From positions 1 through 52,154 of the forward strand of contig DATIHO010000068.1 of assembly GCA_035480615.1 (NCBI GenBank): a stretch of DNA of 52,154 bases, written 5' to 3'. This document shows positions 9,535-19,237 of the stretch, in pieces. This DNA is from Chlamydiales bacterium (GTDB lineage Bacteria > Chlamydiota > Chlamydiia > Chlamydiales > SM23-39). The notes under the pieces were generated by a model. It saw only the letters and a program-made list of their open reading frames with translations, was not told the origin of the DNA and did no database searches. The position numbers and the translations under genes were made by a program. The first letter of the stretch is position 1. Every line of letters starts with the position of its first letter.

Positions 9535-10257
9535 ATGAAGCCTTTTTTCTTTTTCCTGATCTTGCTTGTTTCCGGTTTTATCGCAGGCTTTGGAGCCGCC
9601 CGTTGGAAAGTGTTCGAATCGATCGCTCTCTGCCACAGCCCCAAGAAAAGCCACTGGTCAGAGTTTCGAGCTACTCCCTATCCGCTAGACAATCTCCCTT
9701 TTTGCGTTTTTATTTATGGAAAGAACAACGGCGCCTATTTAGAAAAAACTCTCCAATCCGTTTTTTTGCAAAAATATGAAAATTTCCGCATCATTTACAT
9801 CGATGATGCATCGGACGATGGAAGCCAGGAACTTGCCAGGGATGTAATTAAGGAAAACTCTCAATTTGCCCGTGTGCATCTTGTCCGCAATACGCATCCG
9901 TTGGGATTTTTGGCGAGTTTATCAGAGAGTGTCGAAAACTGCATGGATGAAGAGATCATCGTGGTATTGAATGGCGAAGATTATCTTGCCCATGAATGGG
10001 TGCTCGCACGGCTCAACCAATACTACGCTGATCCTGACCTTTGGCTGACCTACGGAAATTCGCTCGAGTATCCCACCTATCAGCCCTCTTCTTCCCCTTG
10101 TTTCCATACATTTTATGCCGCCCTTTTTAAAGAGATCAGGAAAACTGGCTTGCAAGGCGATGACCTTTCGTACAAGATGGCAATGTTGGAAATAGCCAAA
10201 GACCGCTGCCAACATCTCCCTGATATCCTTTTGATTTGCAATCAGGAAAAAAAATGA
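9535..10257 (+). CDS. Glycosyltransferase family 2 protein with N-terminal TM
   Basis: LQSVFLQKYENFRIIYIDDASDDGS; VVLNGEDYLAH. Confidence 0.85.
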   Translation: MKPFFFFLILLVSGFIAGFGAARWKVFESIALCHSPKKSHWSEFRATPYPLDNLPFCVFIYGKNNGAYLEKTLQSVFLQKYENFRIIYIDDASDDGSQELARDVIKENSQFARVHLVRNTHPLGFLASLSESVENCMDEEIIVVLNGEDYLAHEWVLARLNQYYADPDLWLTYGNSLEYPTYQPSSSPCFHTFYAALFKEIRKTGLQGDDLSYKMAMLEIAKDRCQHLPDILLICNQEKK

Positions 10258-11885
10258 AAATTTTTTATTTCATTTCGTTATTGGCCGCCCTATTGTGCGG
10301 ATATTGGATGGGAAAAGAGCCCAGGCCCCAAAAAGAAAAAATGGTTTTGCAAGACACTCCCCATCCGGAGATCGATTTTCCATTGCAGGAGGAAAAATCT
10401 TTTGTCCTGGTTATTTATGCTTATAAAAACGGAACTTCTCTCGAAAGGGCTCTTAAATCGATTTTCGAGCAGGACTATGAAAACTTTCGCGTCATCTTTT
10501 ATGATGACCATTCAGAGGATGGAACATTTGAAAATGTGCAGTCTTTTGTTTTGGAAAATAAACAAGAGCATAGGGTCATCCTAATCAAAAATCCGGAACG
10601 GATCGGCCCTATCGCTTGCCTGTACCGCGCAACTACCTATTTGCAAAATAAAGAGATCGTGATTCCGCTCGATGTCAAAGATTGGCTCGCTCACTCAATG
10701 GTGTTAAGCCACTTGAACGCCGTTTATCAAAACCCTGATGTTTGGCTGACTACAGGTTGCGCTTTGCTATACCCAAGTTATGAGAAAGCCAGAGTCCAAT
10801 TTGAAGACATTCCCTCGTTTGCTCCCATTTCTTTTTATGTAGCTCTCTTTAAACAAATCCGTTTAGCCGATCTCATGTCGGCTGGCCGGTTTGCATGGGC
10901 AAGAGAAGTCTATTTGGAAGCGCTTTTACAAATGTCTAAAGGAAGGCAAAGAATGCTGGACGAACCTTTGTTGATTGCCAATCTCGCAACATGCAGAAGA
11001 GAAGCGCTCGACAAGCCTCGCGCCGCCTACGACAGGTTATGTGATTTTCCGGATCCATCCGCAGTGGAGGAAAAAGCCGATATCATTATTTTCTCCTGCG
11101 ACCGTCCCTTGCAGCTTTTTGCATGTCTCGAATCGATCCATCGCTATATTTCAGGATTTGAGCAGATTTATGTTCTTTGCCGATCTAGCGATGAGAGATA
11201 TTTGGCCGCTTATGAAGAGGTTGGCGCCCGTTTTCCAAACGTTCAATTTGTGTTTCAGGAAAAGGAATATAAAAAAGATTTTAAACCCTTGCTTTTGAAC
11301 ATCCTTTTCAAATCACAAAATCCTTATGTCATGTTTGGGACGGACGACGGGATTGTGAAAGATTTTACGAATTTAACGACATGTATGCAGATGATGTCGA
11401 AAACCGGCGCTTATGGTTTTTACCTGCGGCTTGGTTCCCATATTTCCTATTCGTATCAGTTGAGCCGTGAGCAAAAAGTGCCGGTGAGTATTGGATTGGA
11501 AAAAGAGATATACGCCTGGAATATTGAGATCGGATATTCCGATTGGGCTTTTCCCAACACGCTGGATATGACGCTTTATAAAAAAAGTTCTTTAAAAACA
11601 GCTTTTGAGAAGATGCATTACAAGACGCCGAACAGCCTCGAATTTTGTTGGGCGAAGGAGTATCCTCCGGAAGGGGAGATCGGCCTTTATTTTGAGCATT
11701 CCAAAGTCGTCAATCTTCCGCTCAATATTGTGAGCCGTACAGGAAATCCCCATATGGATTTTTTAACCGCCCCTGAACTTCTTTCAAAATTTGAGCAAGG
11801 GTTTAAAATCGATATCGAGCCTCTTTTCAGGGTTGAAAACGCTTCTCCCCATTTTGAATATCGTCCTGAGTTTAGTCTGAGGTGA
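10254..11885 (+). CDS. Two-domain glycosyltransferase (GT2 plus a second GT-A-like domain)
   Basis: SIFEQDYENFRVIFYDDHSEDGT; second domain IIIFSCDRPLQL...MFGTDD...GFYLRLG; ATGA overlap with the upstream gene. Confidence 0.85.
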   Translation: MKIFYFISLLAALLCGYWMGKEPRPQKEKMVLQDTPHPEIDFPLQEEKSFVLVIYAYKNGTSLERALKSIFEQDYENFRVIFYDDHSEDGTFENVQSFVLENKQEHRVILIKNPERIGPIACLYRATTYLQNKEIVIPLDVKDWLAHSMVLSHLNAVYQNPDVWLTTGCALLYPSYEKARVQFEDIPSFAPISFYVALFKQIRLADLMSAGRFAWAREVYLEALLQMSKGRQRMLDEPLLIANLATCRREALDKPRAAYDRLCDFPDPSAVEEKADIIIFSCDRPLQLFACLESIHRYISGFEQIYVLCRSSDERYLAAYEEVGARFPNVQFVFQEKEYKKDFKPLLLNILFKSQNPYVMFGTDDGIVKDFTNLTTCMQMMSKTGAYGFYLRLGSHISYSYQLSREQKVPVSIGLEKEIYAWNIEIGYSDWAFPNTLDMTLYKKSSLKTAFEKMHYKTPNSLEFCWAKEYPPEGEIGLYFEHSKVVNLPLNIVSRTGNPHMDFLTAPELLSKFEQGFKIDIEPLFRVENASPHFEYRPEFSLR

Positions 11886-12667
11886 ACGTGTTGAGCTCTT
11901 TTTTATTTTTGGGGACCGGGGCGTCGGCCGGTGTTCCCGTAATCGGATGCAAATGCGCAGTTTGCCATTCTTCTTCTGCCAAAAATCACCGCCTCAGGCC
12001 ATCGGGTCTTTTAAAGATCGGGAAGAGTTTGATTTTGATAGATGTGGGACCCGATTTCCGCCAGCAGGCGCTTCGCGCCGGAATCGATCGCCTGGATGCG
12101 GTTTTACTTACGCATACCCATTTTGACCATATTGCCGGGATTGATGAACTGAGAGTTTTTTATCTTCGGCAAAATACACCTCTTCCCTTGCTGCTTTCGA
12201 AAGAGAGTTTTGAAGAGTTGAAAATCCGCTATTATTATCTTATGAATCCAATTCAGCCTTCCTCTTCTCTAACCGCTCAACTCGATCCCTGTATTTTACC
12301 AAAAAAAAGAGGAGAAATCGATTTTGCAAGGATTAAAATCAGATATTTTAGTTATTTTCAAGGAGAGATGTTAGTCACTGGATATCGGATTGGCGATTTT
12401 GCCTATGTGTCCGATATTTGCACATATCATGAGACGATTTTCGAAGATCTGTCAGGAGTCAAAGTGCTGGTTGTAAGCGCTCTGCAAAAAGAAAAGGCGA
12501 GATGGATGTTTACTGTCGATGAGGCGGCTGAGTTTTCAAGACAAGTGGGCGTTACGTCGACATGGCTGACTCATGTAAACCATGATATCGATGATGAAAC
12601 GGATAGTCATCAGCTTCCGGAAGGGATTCAATTTGCCTATGATGGCTTGGAGATTCTACTAGCGTAA
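11882..12667 (+). CDS. phnP: Metallo-beta-lactamase fold hydrolase, PhnP-like
   Basis: FLGTGAS.GVP.IGC.C..C, THTHFDH, AYDGL. Confidence 0.85.
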   Translation: MNVLSSFLFLGTGASAGVPVIGCKCAVCHSSSAKNHRLRPSGLLKIGKSLILIDVGPDFRQQALRAGIDRLDAVLLTHTHFDHIAGIDELRVFYLRQNTPLPLLLSKESFEELKIRYYYLMNPIQPSSSLTAQLDPCILPKKRGEIDFARIKIRYFSYFQGEMLVTGYRIGDFAYVSDICTYHETIFEDLSGVKVLVVSALQKEKARWMFTVDEAAEFSRQVGVTSTWLTHVNHDIDDETDSHQLPEGIQFAYDGLEILLA

Positions 12668-12689
12668 CATTTTATTCACAAGAGGTGTT

Positions 12690-14006
12690 TTGGCATCTGA
12701 AAAAAATATCCGAGAGGGAAGGCTTCCCTTTCTTGGGAATGAAGAGAAAAGGGCGCTTCTTGTCGGCGTCTATCTCTCAACAAACGCAAAACCTCAAACC
12801 ATTGAACAGCTCGATGAATTAGAGAGTTTGGGACAAACATATGGATTAACAACCGTTTTAAAAATGTCCTGTCCGATGCGGGAGTTTAGCGCAGGAACGT
12901 TTTTAGGCAAGGGAAAAGTTGAAGAGATCCGTCAACTCGCCCACGATCATAAAGCGGATCTTGTGATTTTCGACGATGAAATTTCTCCGCAGCAGCAGCG
13001 CAATCTGGAAAAAATTTTCGAAAAGGTCGTCATTGATCGGACGGAGTTGATTCTCGCCGTATTTGCCCAAAGGGCGCAAACACGAGAAGCAAAATTGCAA
13101 ATTGAACTCGCCAATTTTCGTTATCAATTGCCTCGCTTGCGACGCCTTTGGACTCACTTGAGCCGACAGAGGACCGGGGGCTCCGGAGGAGGCCACCTTA
13201 AAGGAGAAGGAGAAAAGCAGATTGAAATCGATCGGCAAATTCTCAAACATAAAATTAACCAAATTGAAAAAGAGCTCGAAGAGGTGAAAAAACACCGCCA
13301 AACTCAAAGGCGGGAAAGGGAAAGGACGGCGATTCCCACGTTTGCCATTATTGGTTATACCAATGTGGGCAAGTCGACACTGATGAACGCTTTGACGCAG
13401 GCCGATGTGTGGGTGGAAGACAAACTGTTCGCCACTCTTGATACAACGACGAGAAAATACGTCCTCCCAAATAAACAAGCCATTTTGTTAATTGATACGG
13501 TGGGATTTATCCGAAAAATTCCCCATCAGCTTATTTCAGCGTTTAAAAGCACTCTGGAAGAGGCTGTGAAAGCAGATATTATCCTTCATCTCATCGATGT
13601 CAGTTCTCCTGTTTCAGCAATGCAGGCTGAATCGACGATCGAAATTTTAAAAGATCTAGGCGCTGAAAAGCGGCCAAGAATTACGCTCTTAAATAAAATA
13701 GACGCATGCAAAAGCCGTTTGGAGATTGATCGGCTCCGCTTCAAATACGTCAAAACGGTAGAAATTTCCGCTTTGCAACAAATAGGATTTGACCGCCTCC
13801 TGGAATTGATGATCCGTGAAATCGCGATCCTTCGCAAGACGGTCTATCTGCGCGTTCCGCAAAGTCAGTACGCCCTTTTAAACGCGGTGCTCCACGATGG
13901 ACGGGTGATTTCGCGCGAATATGAAGAAAATGATATTTTGCTGCAAATAGAGATTCCTGCTTCTTTAGAACATAAAGTAGCTCACTTCGAAGTGGATAAC
14001 TTTTAA
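12690..14006 (+). CDS. hflX: GTPase HflX
   Basis: EAKLQIELA, GYTNVGKSTL, LFATLDTT, DTVGFI, NKID. Confidence 0.97.
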   Translation: MASEKNIREGRLPFLGNEEKRALLVGVYLSTNAKPQTIEQLDELESLGQTYGLTTVLKMSCPMREFSAGTFLGKGKVEEIRQLAHDHKADLVIFDDEISPQQQRNLEKIFEKVVIDRTELILAVFAQRAQTREAKLQIELANFRYQLPRLRRLWTHLSRQRTGGSGGGHLKGEGEKQIEIDRQILKHKINQIEKELEEVKKHRQTQRRERERTAIPTFAIIGYTNVGKSTLMNALTQADVWVEDKLFATLDTTTRKYVLPNKQAILLIDTVGFIRKIPHQLISAFKSTLEEAVKADIILHLIDVSSPVSAMQAESTIEILKDLGAEKRPRITLLNKIDACKSRLEIDRLRFKYVKTVEISALQQIGFDRLLELMIREIAILRKTVYLRVPQSQYALLNAVLHDGRVISREYEENDILLQIEIPASLEHKVAHFEVDNF

Positions 14007-14053
14007 AGAAATTTATTGACATTGCTTTTGAAAATCTATTATGTGTCTAAGGC

Positions 14054-15856
14054 ATGTCTCAAATTTCTAGCTCTTTTCACTTGGAATTGCTGAACATTCT
14101 TTCCCATAATGTATCTTTGCAAATGTTGGAAGGAGGATTTGATGAGCTTTCAGATCCTGAGCTAAAAGCATTTCGAGAGAACCTGAAACTTGCTTTGGAT
14201 GAAAATTCCGGTGTGTCCTGGCTTGAGATAGTTGGCAATTACAACTATCTCTTTCATGAAAGAGGTCCTGTCAATCTGGAAAAAAAGTTGTTTGCTGCTT
14301 TTTCTTCCAAAACGCACTCTATTCCGATGTATCGCGGGTTGCCGCGCCGGTATAAAAGAGAGCAACCGGCTATTTCCCAATTGCACAAAAATTTCATCCA
14401 TCTGCCTACATTGAAGCGCCTTGCTTCGGAAAAAATGATTTTTAAGATCTATGATGGGATGGAACATCCGGGGATGGCGGTCATTACAGTGTTTACCTGG
14501 GTAATCCAGGATGGTTGGGGCGATTTGGCAGCCTCGATCGATACCGTTGAAATCTTAAAGCGCCGTTTTCCTGATTTGCAAATCAACTCTGTTGTGTTAT
14601 TTCCGCAAAAAATGGGCACTCCCCCCATGCCCAAAGGGGCGGATGAGAAACGCGTCGTGTATTATGATGAGGTGGAATCTATTTCTCTTGGCGAAGAAAT
14701 TTTAAAGATGCTTCGGCACTCCGATTTGATTTTGCAAACCCCCACTTTTTACCCTTTTTTTGAAAACTTGCGAGAAAAAACAGAGGCTCTCTCTTATTCT
14801 TCCAAGCTCCCTTCCTGGAGTTCCATCGGAGAATATGGATTTATCGAATCTCAATGGCATCATCCTCAATCAGGCAATCGTTCGTTGGGTCTACATTTTT
14901 TAGAAAAGGGGGTTTTTATAAAGTCAGTGCTAAAGGATGAAAATTTTTCTGATCTTCAGAATGCAGAAATTTTAGCATGGCTTTTTGGAAGTCATTCTCC
15001 CGGTTTGGAAGAGATAGGTTATTACAAAAGAGAGTTCCATTTTCATTTCGCTTATTTGGCGAGTCCTGTTGGGGGGGCTGTCTATCTCAATGCTCTTCAA
15101 AAAATGTATGAAAATGATTCGAAGGGAATCGATATTTGCTCTCCTGATATCCATTGGTTGATCGGATACGCGCAAATGCAAGCTGAGAAGGGATCTCCTA
15201 TTTTAGAAGGTGTGTCAGTTGAACTTTATTATGGACAAAGCATGGCCGTCTTAACTGAAGGGGAGAAAAAGATGCGGATCTTTTGCCCCAAAACGATTTC
15301 TCCTCAGGATTTTCATCTTCTCATCCATCTCAGCGATGGATGGGTAGCCGTTCGGGGAAATCAATCATTTTCTGAGGCTTTGAGCACAGAAAAACCCTTT
15401 TTTTTTGATGTAAGGGAGCATAGCCGTAATTTTTTCAAGGATGTTCTGGCTTTAGCTGAAAATCGAATTCAGGCATATGAAAGCACAATTGAGGTTCTCA
15501 AAGAAACGGGTAAGATATTTTTGCAGAAAGGAGGCTTAGGCGACGCGGGGCAGTGGGTGGATGAAACGTATTTTCAAATGAATAGCGAGCCGTGGAAAGA
15601 AATTGCCGAAAAGATTGGGGCAGCTCTGCAAAACAAAAATTGTTCCAGAGGTTTTCAAGTGTTCAGCCAAATCATCAAAAAGGAACACTCTTTTAACGAA
15701 TTTCTCTCTCATTTTGTTCAAAGAGAGCTTTGCCATCGGGCTTATCCTTTTGCGAAAATAGTGGAAGAAGAGGCGATGGCTCCGTTTCTCATGGGAAGAT
15801 CGAGTATTGATGCAGCAAGCAGTGAGTTGAAAAAGAAATTGGCGTATGGAAGGTAA
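14054..15856 (+). CDS. Hypothetical protein, probable GT-B fold glycosyltransferase
   Basis: 600 aa; DGWGD and VRGNQSFSEAL...KPFF motifs. Confidence 0.75.
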   Translation: MSQISSSFHLELLNILSHNVSLQMLEGGFDELSDPELKAFRENLKLALDENSGVSWLEIVGNYNYLFHERGPVNLEKKLFAAFSSKTHSIPMYRGLPRRYKREQPAISQLHKNFIHLPTLKRLASEKMIFKIYDGMEHPGMAVITVFTWVIQDGWGDLAASIDTVEILKRRFPDLQINSVVLFPQKMGTPPMPKGADEKRVVYYDEVESISLGEEILKMLRHSDLILQTPTFYPFFENLREKTEALSYSSKLPSWSSIGEYGFIESQWHHPQSGNRSLGLHFLEKGVFIKSVLKDENFSDLQNAEILAWLFGSHSPGLEEIGYYKREFHFHFAYLASPVGGAVYLNALQKMYENDSKGIDICSPDIHWLIGYAQMQAEKGSPILEGVSVELYYGQSMAVLTEGEKKMRIFCPKTISPQDFHLLIHLSDGWVAVRGNQSFSEALSTEKPFFFDVREHSRNFFKDVLALAENRIQAYESTIEVLKETGKIFLQKGGLGDAGQWVDETYFQMNSEPWKEIAEKIGAALQNKNCSRGFQVFSQIIKKEHSFNEFLSHFVQRELCHRAYPFAKIVEEEAMAPFLMGRSSIDAASSELKKKLAYGR

Positions 15857-15859
15857 CTT

Positions 15860-16026
15860 ACCTGAGTTTTGGGTTCAGTTTATAGAGAATTGTCTTTAGA
15901 TTTCGAGGCAATTTTTGAAGATTTTGACGGGCCCAAGCTAGAAAGCACCTATGGGCTCGTCAAAATCTTCGAAAATTGCCTCGAAAGATGTGGCAAGGCT
16001 CTATGAAATGAACCCAAAACTCAGGT
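15860..16026. mobile_element. 167-bp palindromic element (ACCTGAG type)
   Basis: TIR ACCTGAGTTTTGGGTTCA / TGAACCCAAAACTCAGGT; inner arms TTCGAGGCAATTTTTGAAGATTTTGACGGGCCCA / TGGGCTCGTCAAAATCTTCGAAAATTGCCTCGAA. Confidence 0.88.
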
Positions 16027-16033
16027 AAATAAT

Positions 16034-16363
16034 ATGACAAAAATTGGTGCAGCAGACACGCCTGCTGAAGAGCCAAATCTGGAAACGTATAAAACAGAGC
16101 TCGATAAAAGTTCCAAAAAATTTTTGCAGGCATTAGAGCAATACAATCGGTCTAACAGCAGTAAAGAACAGGAGCATTTACAATCCCTGATGGATCAGCA
16201 GATGGCCGTGATTCAATCAGCAATTAAGGAATTGAGTCAGCATGGCCTGCATAAAGAAGGGGTTATTGTTGTGAAAGATTATATGGATTACAAAGATGAA
16301 AAGACTGAAGAGAATTATACTTGCTTGCACAATGACATGACCACTTTGCGCGATTCATTGTAG
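16034..16363 (+). CDS. Small helical hypothetical protein
   Basis: 109-aa ORF filling the gap; coiled-coil-like composition. Confidence 0.7.
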   Translation: MTKIGAADTPAEEPNLETYKTELDKSSKKFLQALEQYNRSNSSKEQEHLQSLMDQQMAVIQSAIKELSQHGLHKEGVIVVKDYMDYKDEKTEENYTCLHNDMTTLRDSL

Positions 16364-16372
16364 TGGCAGCAT

Positions 16373-16708
16373 TCACTTCACAAGAAGCTCGGCCAGTCGC
16401 TTTTTAATGGCAAGAAGCTCATGCTTGACAACTTTCCAAGTAAGAACAAGGTCGACATCAAAATATTGATGGGTCAAGATATCCCTCATTCCAGCCATTT
16501 TCTTCCATGGGATTTCAGGATACTTTGACCTATAAGACATCGGCAGATTCTTGACCGCCTCTCCAATGATTTCAAGACGGCGGATAATTGCATCCTGCAA
16601 GGAACGATTTTTGAAAAATTCGGCTTGTGAAACACCCTCAGAATACTGCTCAATCAGGAGGATTGAATCCATGATGTGCTCAAGGAAGATTTTAGAATCT
16701 TTCTTCAC
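16373..16708 (-). CDS. HepT-like HEPN RNase toxin (DUF86)
   Basis: IIGEAVK, IPWK.MAGMRDILTHQY (RX4HXY). Confidence 0.92.
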   Translation of the reverse strand: MKKDSKIFLEHIMDSILLIEQYSEGVSQAEFFKNRSLQDAIIRRLEIIGEAVKNLPMSYRSKYPEIPWKKMAGMRDILTHQYFDVDLVLTWKVVKHELLAIKKRLAELLVK

Positions 16709-17007
16709 AGAATAACTACTTGTTCTGCTAGAATCTGCTCGCGAATTCTCCAGTAAATCGAATTGTAAGTAATTAGATCGACTTTACGATCTAATGTTTC
16801 TTCCAGATCATATTTTAAATCAACCAAATCAAAAAGTGATTTATTTCTGGTTTTATATTCAATCAGAATATCTACATCACTTTTCGCTTTGGCTTCTCCC
16901 CGGGCAAAGGAGCCGAAAAGTGCAGCCCGTTTTACCGCGTGTTTTTTCAAGATCGGGAGTACTTTCTTCTTAATCCAAGCAAGAGTGCACGATGTTTTTT
17001 TGCTCAT
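16705..17007 (-). CDS. MntA-like minimal nucleotidyltransferase antitoxin
   Basis: LFGSFARGE...SDVDIL, KVDL; overlaps the HEPN gene. Confidence 0.92.
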   Translation of the reverse strand: MSKKTSCTLAWIKKKVLPILKKHAVKRAALFGSFARGEAKAKSDVDILIEYKTRNKSLFDLVDLKYDLEETLDRKVDLITYNSIYWRIREQILAEQVVIL

Positions 17008-17093
17008 AAACCCGTCCGTAATAGCGAAAAGCCCCAACCCACTTATGCCCTTATTTTAAGAAGCCCTGTCATTTTTTACATTCGTTTTTTGCA

Positions 17094-17798
17094 TCATTTT
17101 GGGTATAGCTTTTCCAGCGTTTCGCGAAGAAGCGTGTTATCGGGTTTGTCAAGCGCGCCGCTTCTCGCTAGCCAGTCAATATAATCTTTTGGCACTTCGG
17201 TGAGTTTTTTTCCTGCATGCTTGCCAAACGGCATCCGGACAATTTCGGGAGTCGTTGAAAGCAACTTGAGAATTTGCTCGATGGATAGATCGTCGACCAT
17301 TTTGCTAAATACCTGATACAAAACGATGCAATCGTCCAAAGCGCGATGGGCCTGGTTGGCTTCGATCCCGTATGCTTCGCGCAGCGATTGCAAAGTATGG
17401 CGAGGAAGGTCAGGCCGATACTTGCGGGCCCATTTAAGGCTGTCGATAAAAATCCATTCGGGCATTTGCAGTCCGGCCCGCCTGCATTCCGCCTCTAAAA
17501 AGAGTTTGTCAAACGCGTCATTATTATGGGCGATCAGGACCGCCTCCCCCGAGCAGAAATCGAGAAAAGAACTTAGGGCCTCGCGAATCATTGGCGCCCC
17601 CGCGACCATTTCATCTGTAATTCCTGAAATCGCACTCGACTCGCCAGGGATAGGCATTTCAGGGTGGGTCAAAGTGCAAAATTTTTTTTCCTGCCCAGGC
17701 TCGCTGCCCGGATCATAAGCCGCAATCTCAATCACCCGATCCCTTCCCGGTTTCACACCCGTAGTCTCCGTATCGTAAAAAATAGTTCTTTTTGCCAT
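17094..17798 (-). CDS. dnaQ: DEDDh 3'-5' exonuclease (DnaQ-like) with C-terminal MPFGKH domain
   Basis: YDTETTG, AHNNDAFD, AHRALDD, MPFGKH. Confidence 0.85.
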   Translation of the reverse strand: MAKRTIFYDTETTGVKPGRDRVIEIAAYDPGSEPGQEKKFCTLTHPEMPIPGESSAISGITDEMVAGAPMIREALSSFLDFCSGEAVLIAHNNDAFDKLFLEAECRRAGLQMPEWIFIDSLKWARKYRPDLPRHTLQSLREAYGIEANQAHRALDDCIVLYQVFSKMVDDLSIEQILKLLSTTPEIVRMPFGKHAGKKLTEVPKDYIDWLARSGALDKPDNTLLRETLEKLYPK

Positions 17799-17893
17799 GG
17801 TCAACAATTCATCAAACCTGATTTGGACTTTTTCTTCAATTTTTCTGTTCTGTGTGTTAGACTAAGAAGGTATTAAAAGCTTGGAGTGACTAT

Positions 17894-18064
17894 GAGACTG
17901 TTAACGGATTTCGCTTCTGTCGATTTTGGGGTTCTTTTGAGCCGATTTTCGGTTTGTTTTTGGGGGGTAATATCGACCAAATGTATATTACCCCCCAAAA
18001 ACAAACCGGAAATCGGCCAAAATAATCCCCAAAATCGACGAAGCCGAAATCCGTTAACAGTCTC
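17894..18064. mobile_element. 171-bp palindromic element (GAGACTGT type)
   Basis: TIR GAGACTGTTAACGGATTTCG / CGAAATCCGTTAACAGTCTC; core GGGGGGTAATAT...TATATTACCCCCC. Confidence 0.9.
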
Positions 18065-18091
18065 TGAAACAACCCAAATGGAGAGGTTTTA

Positions 18092-19216
18092 ATGGCTCAT
18101 CAAATTCTTGAACCACCTGTGCAAACTTCTTTGCAATTTGAAAAAATTATTATTAATGGCTACGAACAAGTCCTCAAAATTTCTGATAAACACACAAGAC
18201 TTACGGCGATCATCTCCCTCCACAATACCACCCTCGGGCCGGCTCTTGGGGGTGTCCGGATCCGTCCTTACGCCTCATTTAAGGAAGCATTGGAAGACGT
18301 TCTTCGTTTATCCAAAGGGATGACCTATAAATCAGCGATGACGCAAGCGGGATTTGGAGGCGGTAAAAGTGTAATCATTGCCGATCCAAACACAGACAAA
18401 ACCCCGGAGCTGCTTTTAGCTTTTGGCGCTGCTGTAGATCAATTGAAGGGTCAATATATTTGCGCGGAAGATGCAGGTTGCACGGTCGAAGATGTGAAAA
18501 TGATCCGACGCGCTACAAAATACGTCGTGGGCTTGCCTAATGCCAAAAGCAGCGGCGATCCTTGCGCATTTACCGCATGGGGCGTTTACAGGGGAATGCA
18601 AGCCGTTATGAAAATACTTTTCGGCACGGACTCCCTGGCGGGGCGTTCTGTTGCCATCCAGGGCTTGGGCGGAGTAGGGTCCCGATTGGCGGAATATCTT
18701 TTTTGGGCAGGCGCTGATTTGACCCTTTCCGATTTAAATAGTCCAAAAGTAAAACAACTTGCAGATAAATTTGGAGCAAAAATAAAAAGTGTGGATCAAA
18801 TTCTTCAAACCGAATGCGATATCCTCGCCCCTTGCGCCCTTGGAGGGATCGTCAATGATGAGACGCTGCCCTTGTTTCAGTGCCGCTCGATTGCAGGAGC
18901 CGCAAACAATCAGCTTCTTCGAGAATCGCATGCAGACGATTTGCAAAGCCGGGGAATTTTGTATGCGCCGGATTTTGTAATCAATGCCGGAGGGCTTTTA
19001 AATGTGACAGCGGAACTGGAAGAGCAAGGGTACAACCCTACAAGTGCCAGATTGAAAACTCACAATATTTATGATACTTTACTCGCAATCTATGACATTG
19101 CTGAAAAAAATGGGGAATCGACTCATGCCGCCGCTATCGCCTTGGCCAATTATCGGGTTCAATACGGCGTTGGCAAAAGGACAATCGCTCCCACTTTTCA
19201 CCATGTCGCAGAGTAA
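18092..19216 (+). CDS. ldh: Leucine dehydrogenase (Glu/Leu/Phe/Val dehydrogenase)
   Basis: LGPALGG.R, GMTYK, GGGKSVI, QGLGGVG, AGAANNQL, PDFVINAGG. Confidence 0.93.
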   Translation: MAHQILEPPVQTSLQFEKIIINGYEQVLKISDKHTRLTAIISLHNTTLGPALGGVRIRPYASFKEALEDVLRLSKGMTYKSAMTQAGFGGGKSVIIADPNTDKTPELLLAFGAAVDQLKGQYICAEDAGCTVEDVKMIRRATKYVVGLPNAKSSGDPCAFTAWGVYRGMQAVMKILFGTDSLAGRSVAIQGLGGVGSRLAEYLFWAGADLTLSDLNSPKVKQLADKFGAKIKSVDQILQTECDILAPCALGGIVNDETLPLFQCRSIAGAANNQLLRESHADDLQSRGILYAPDFVINAGGLLNVTAELEEQGYNPTSARLKTHNIYDTLLAIYDIAEKNGESTHAAAIALANYRVQYGVGKRTIAPTFHHVAE

Positions 19217-19237
19217 ATAATAGTAGTAATAGGTCCA

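Noticed and set aside
14016..14042. TTGACA...TATTAT promoter upstream of the 600-aa gene
   Set aside because: The spacer is only 15 bp, so it is not confidently callable
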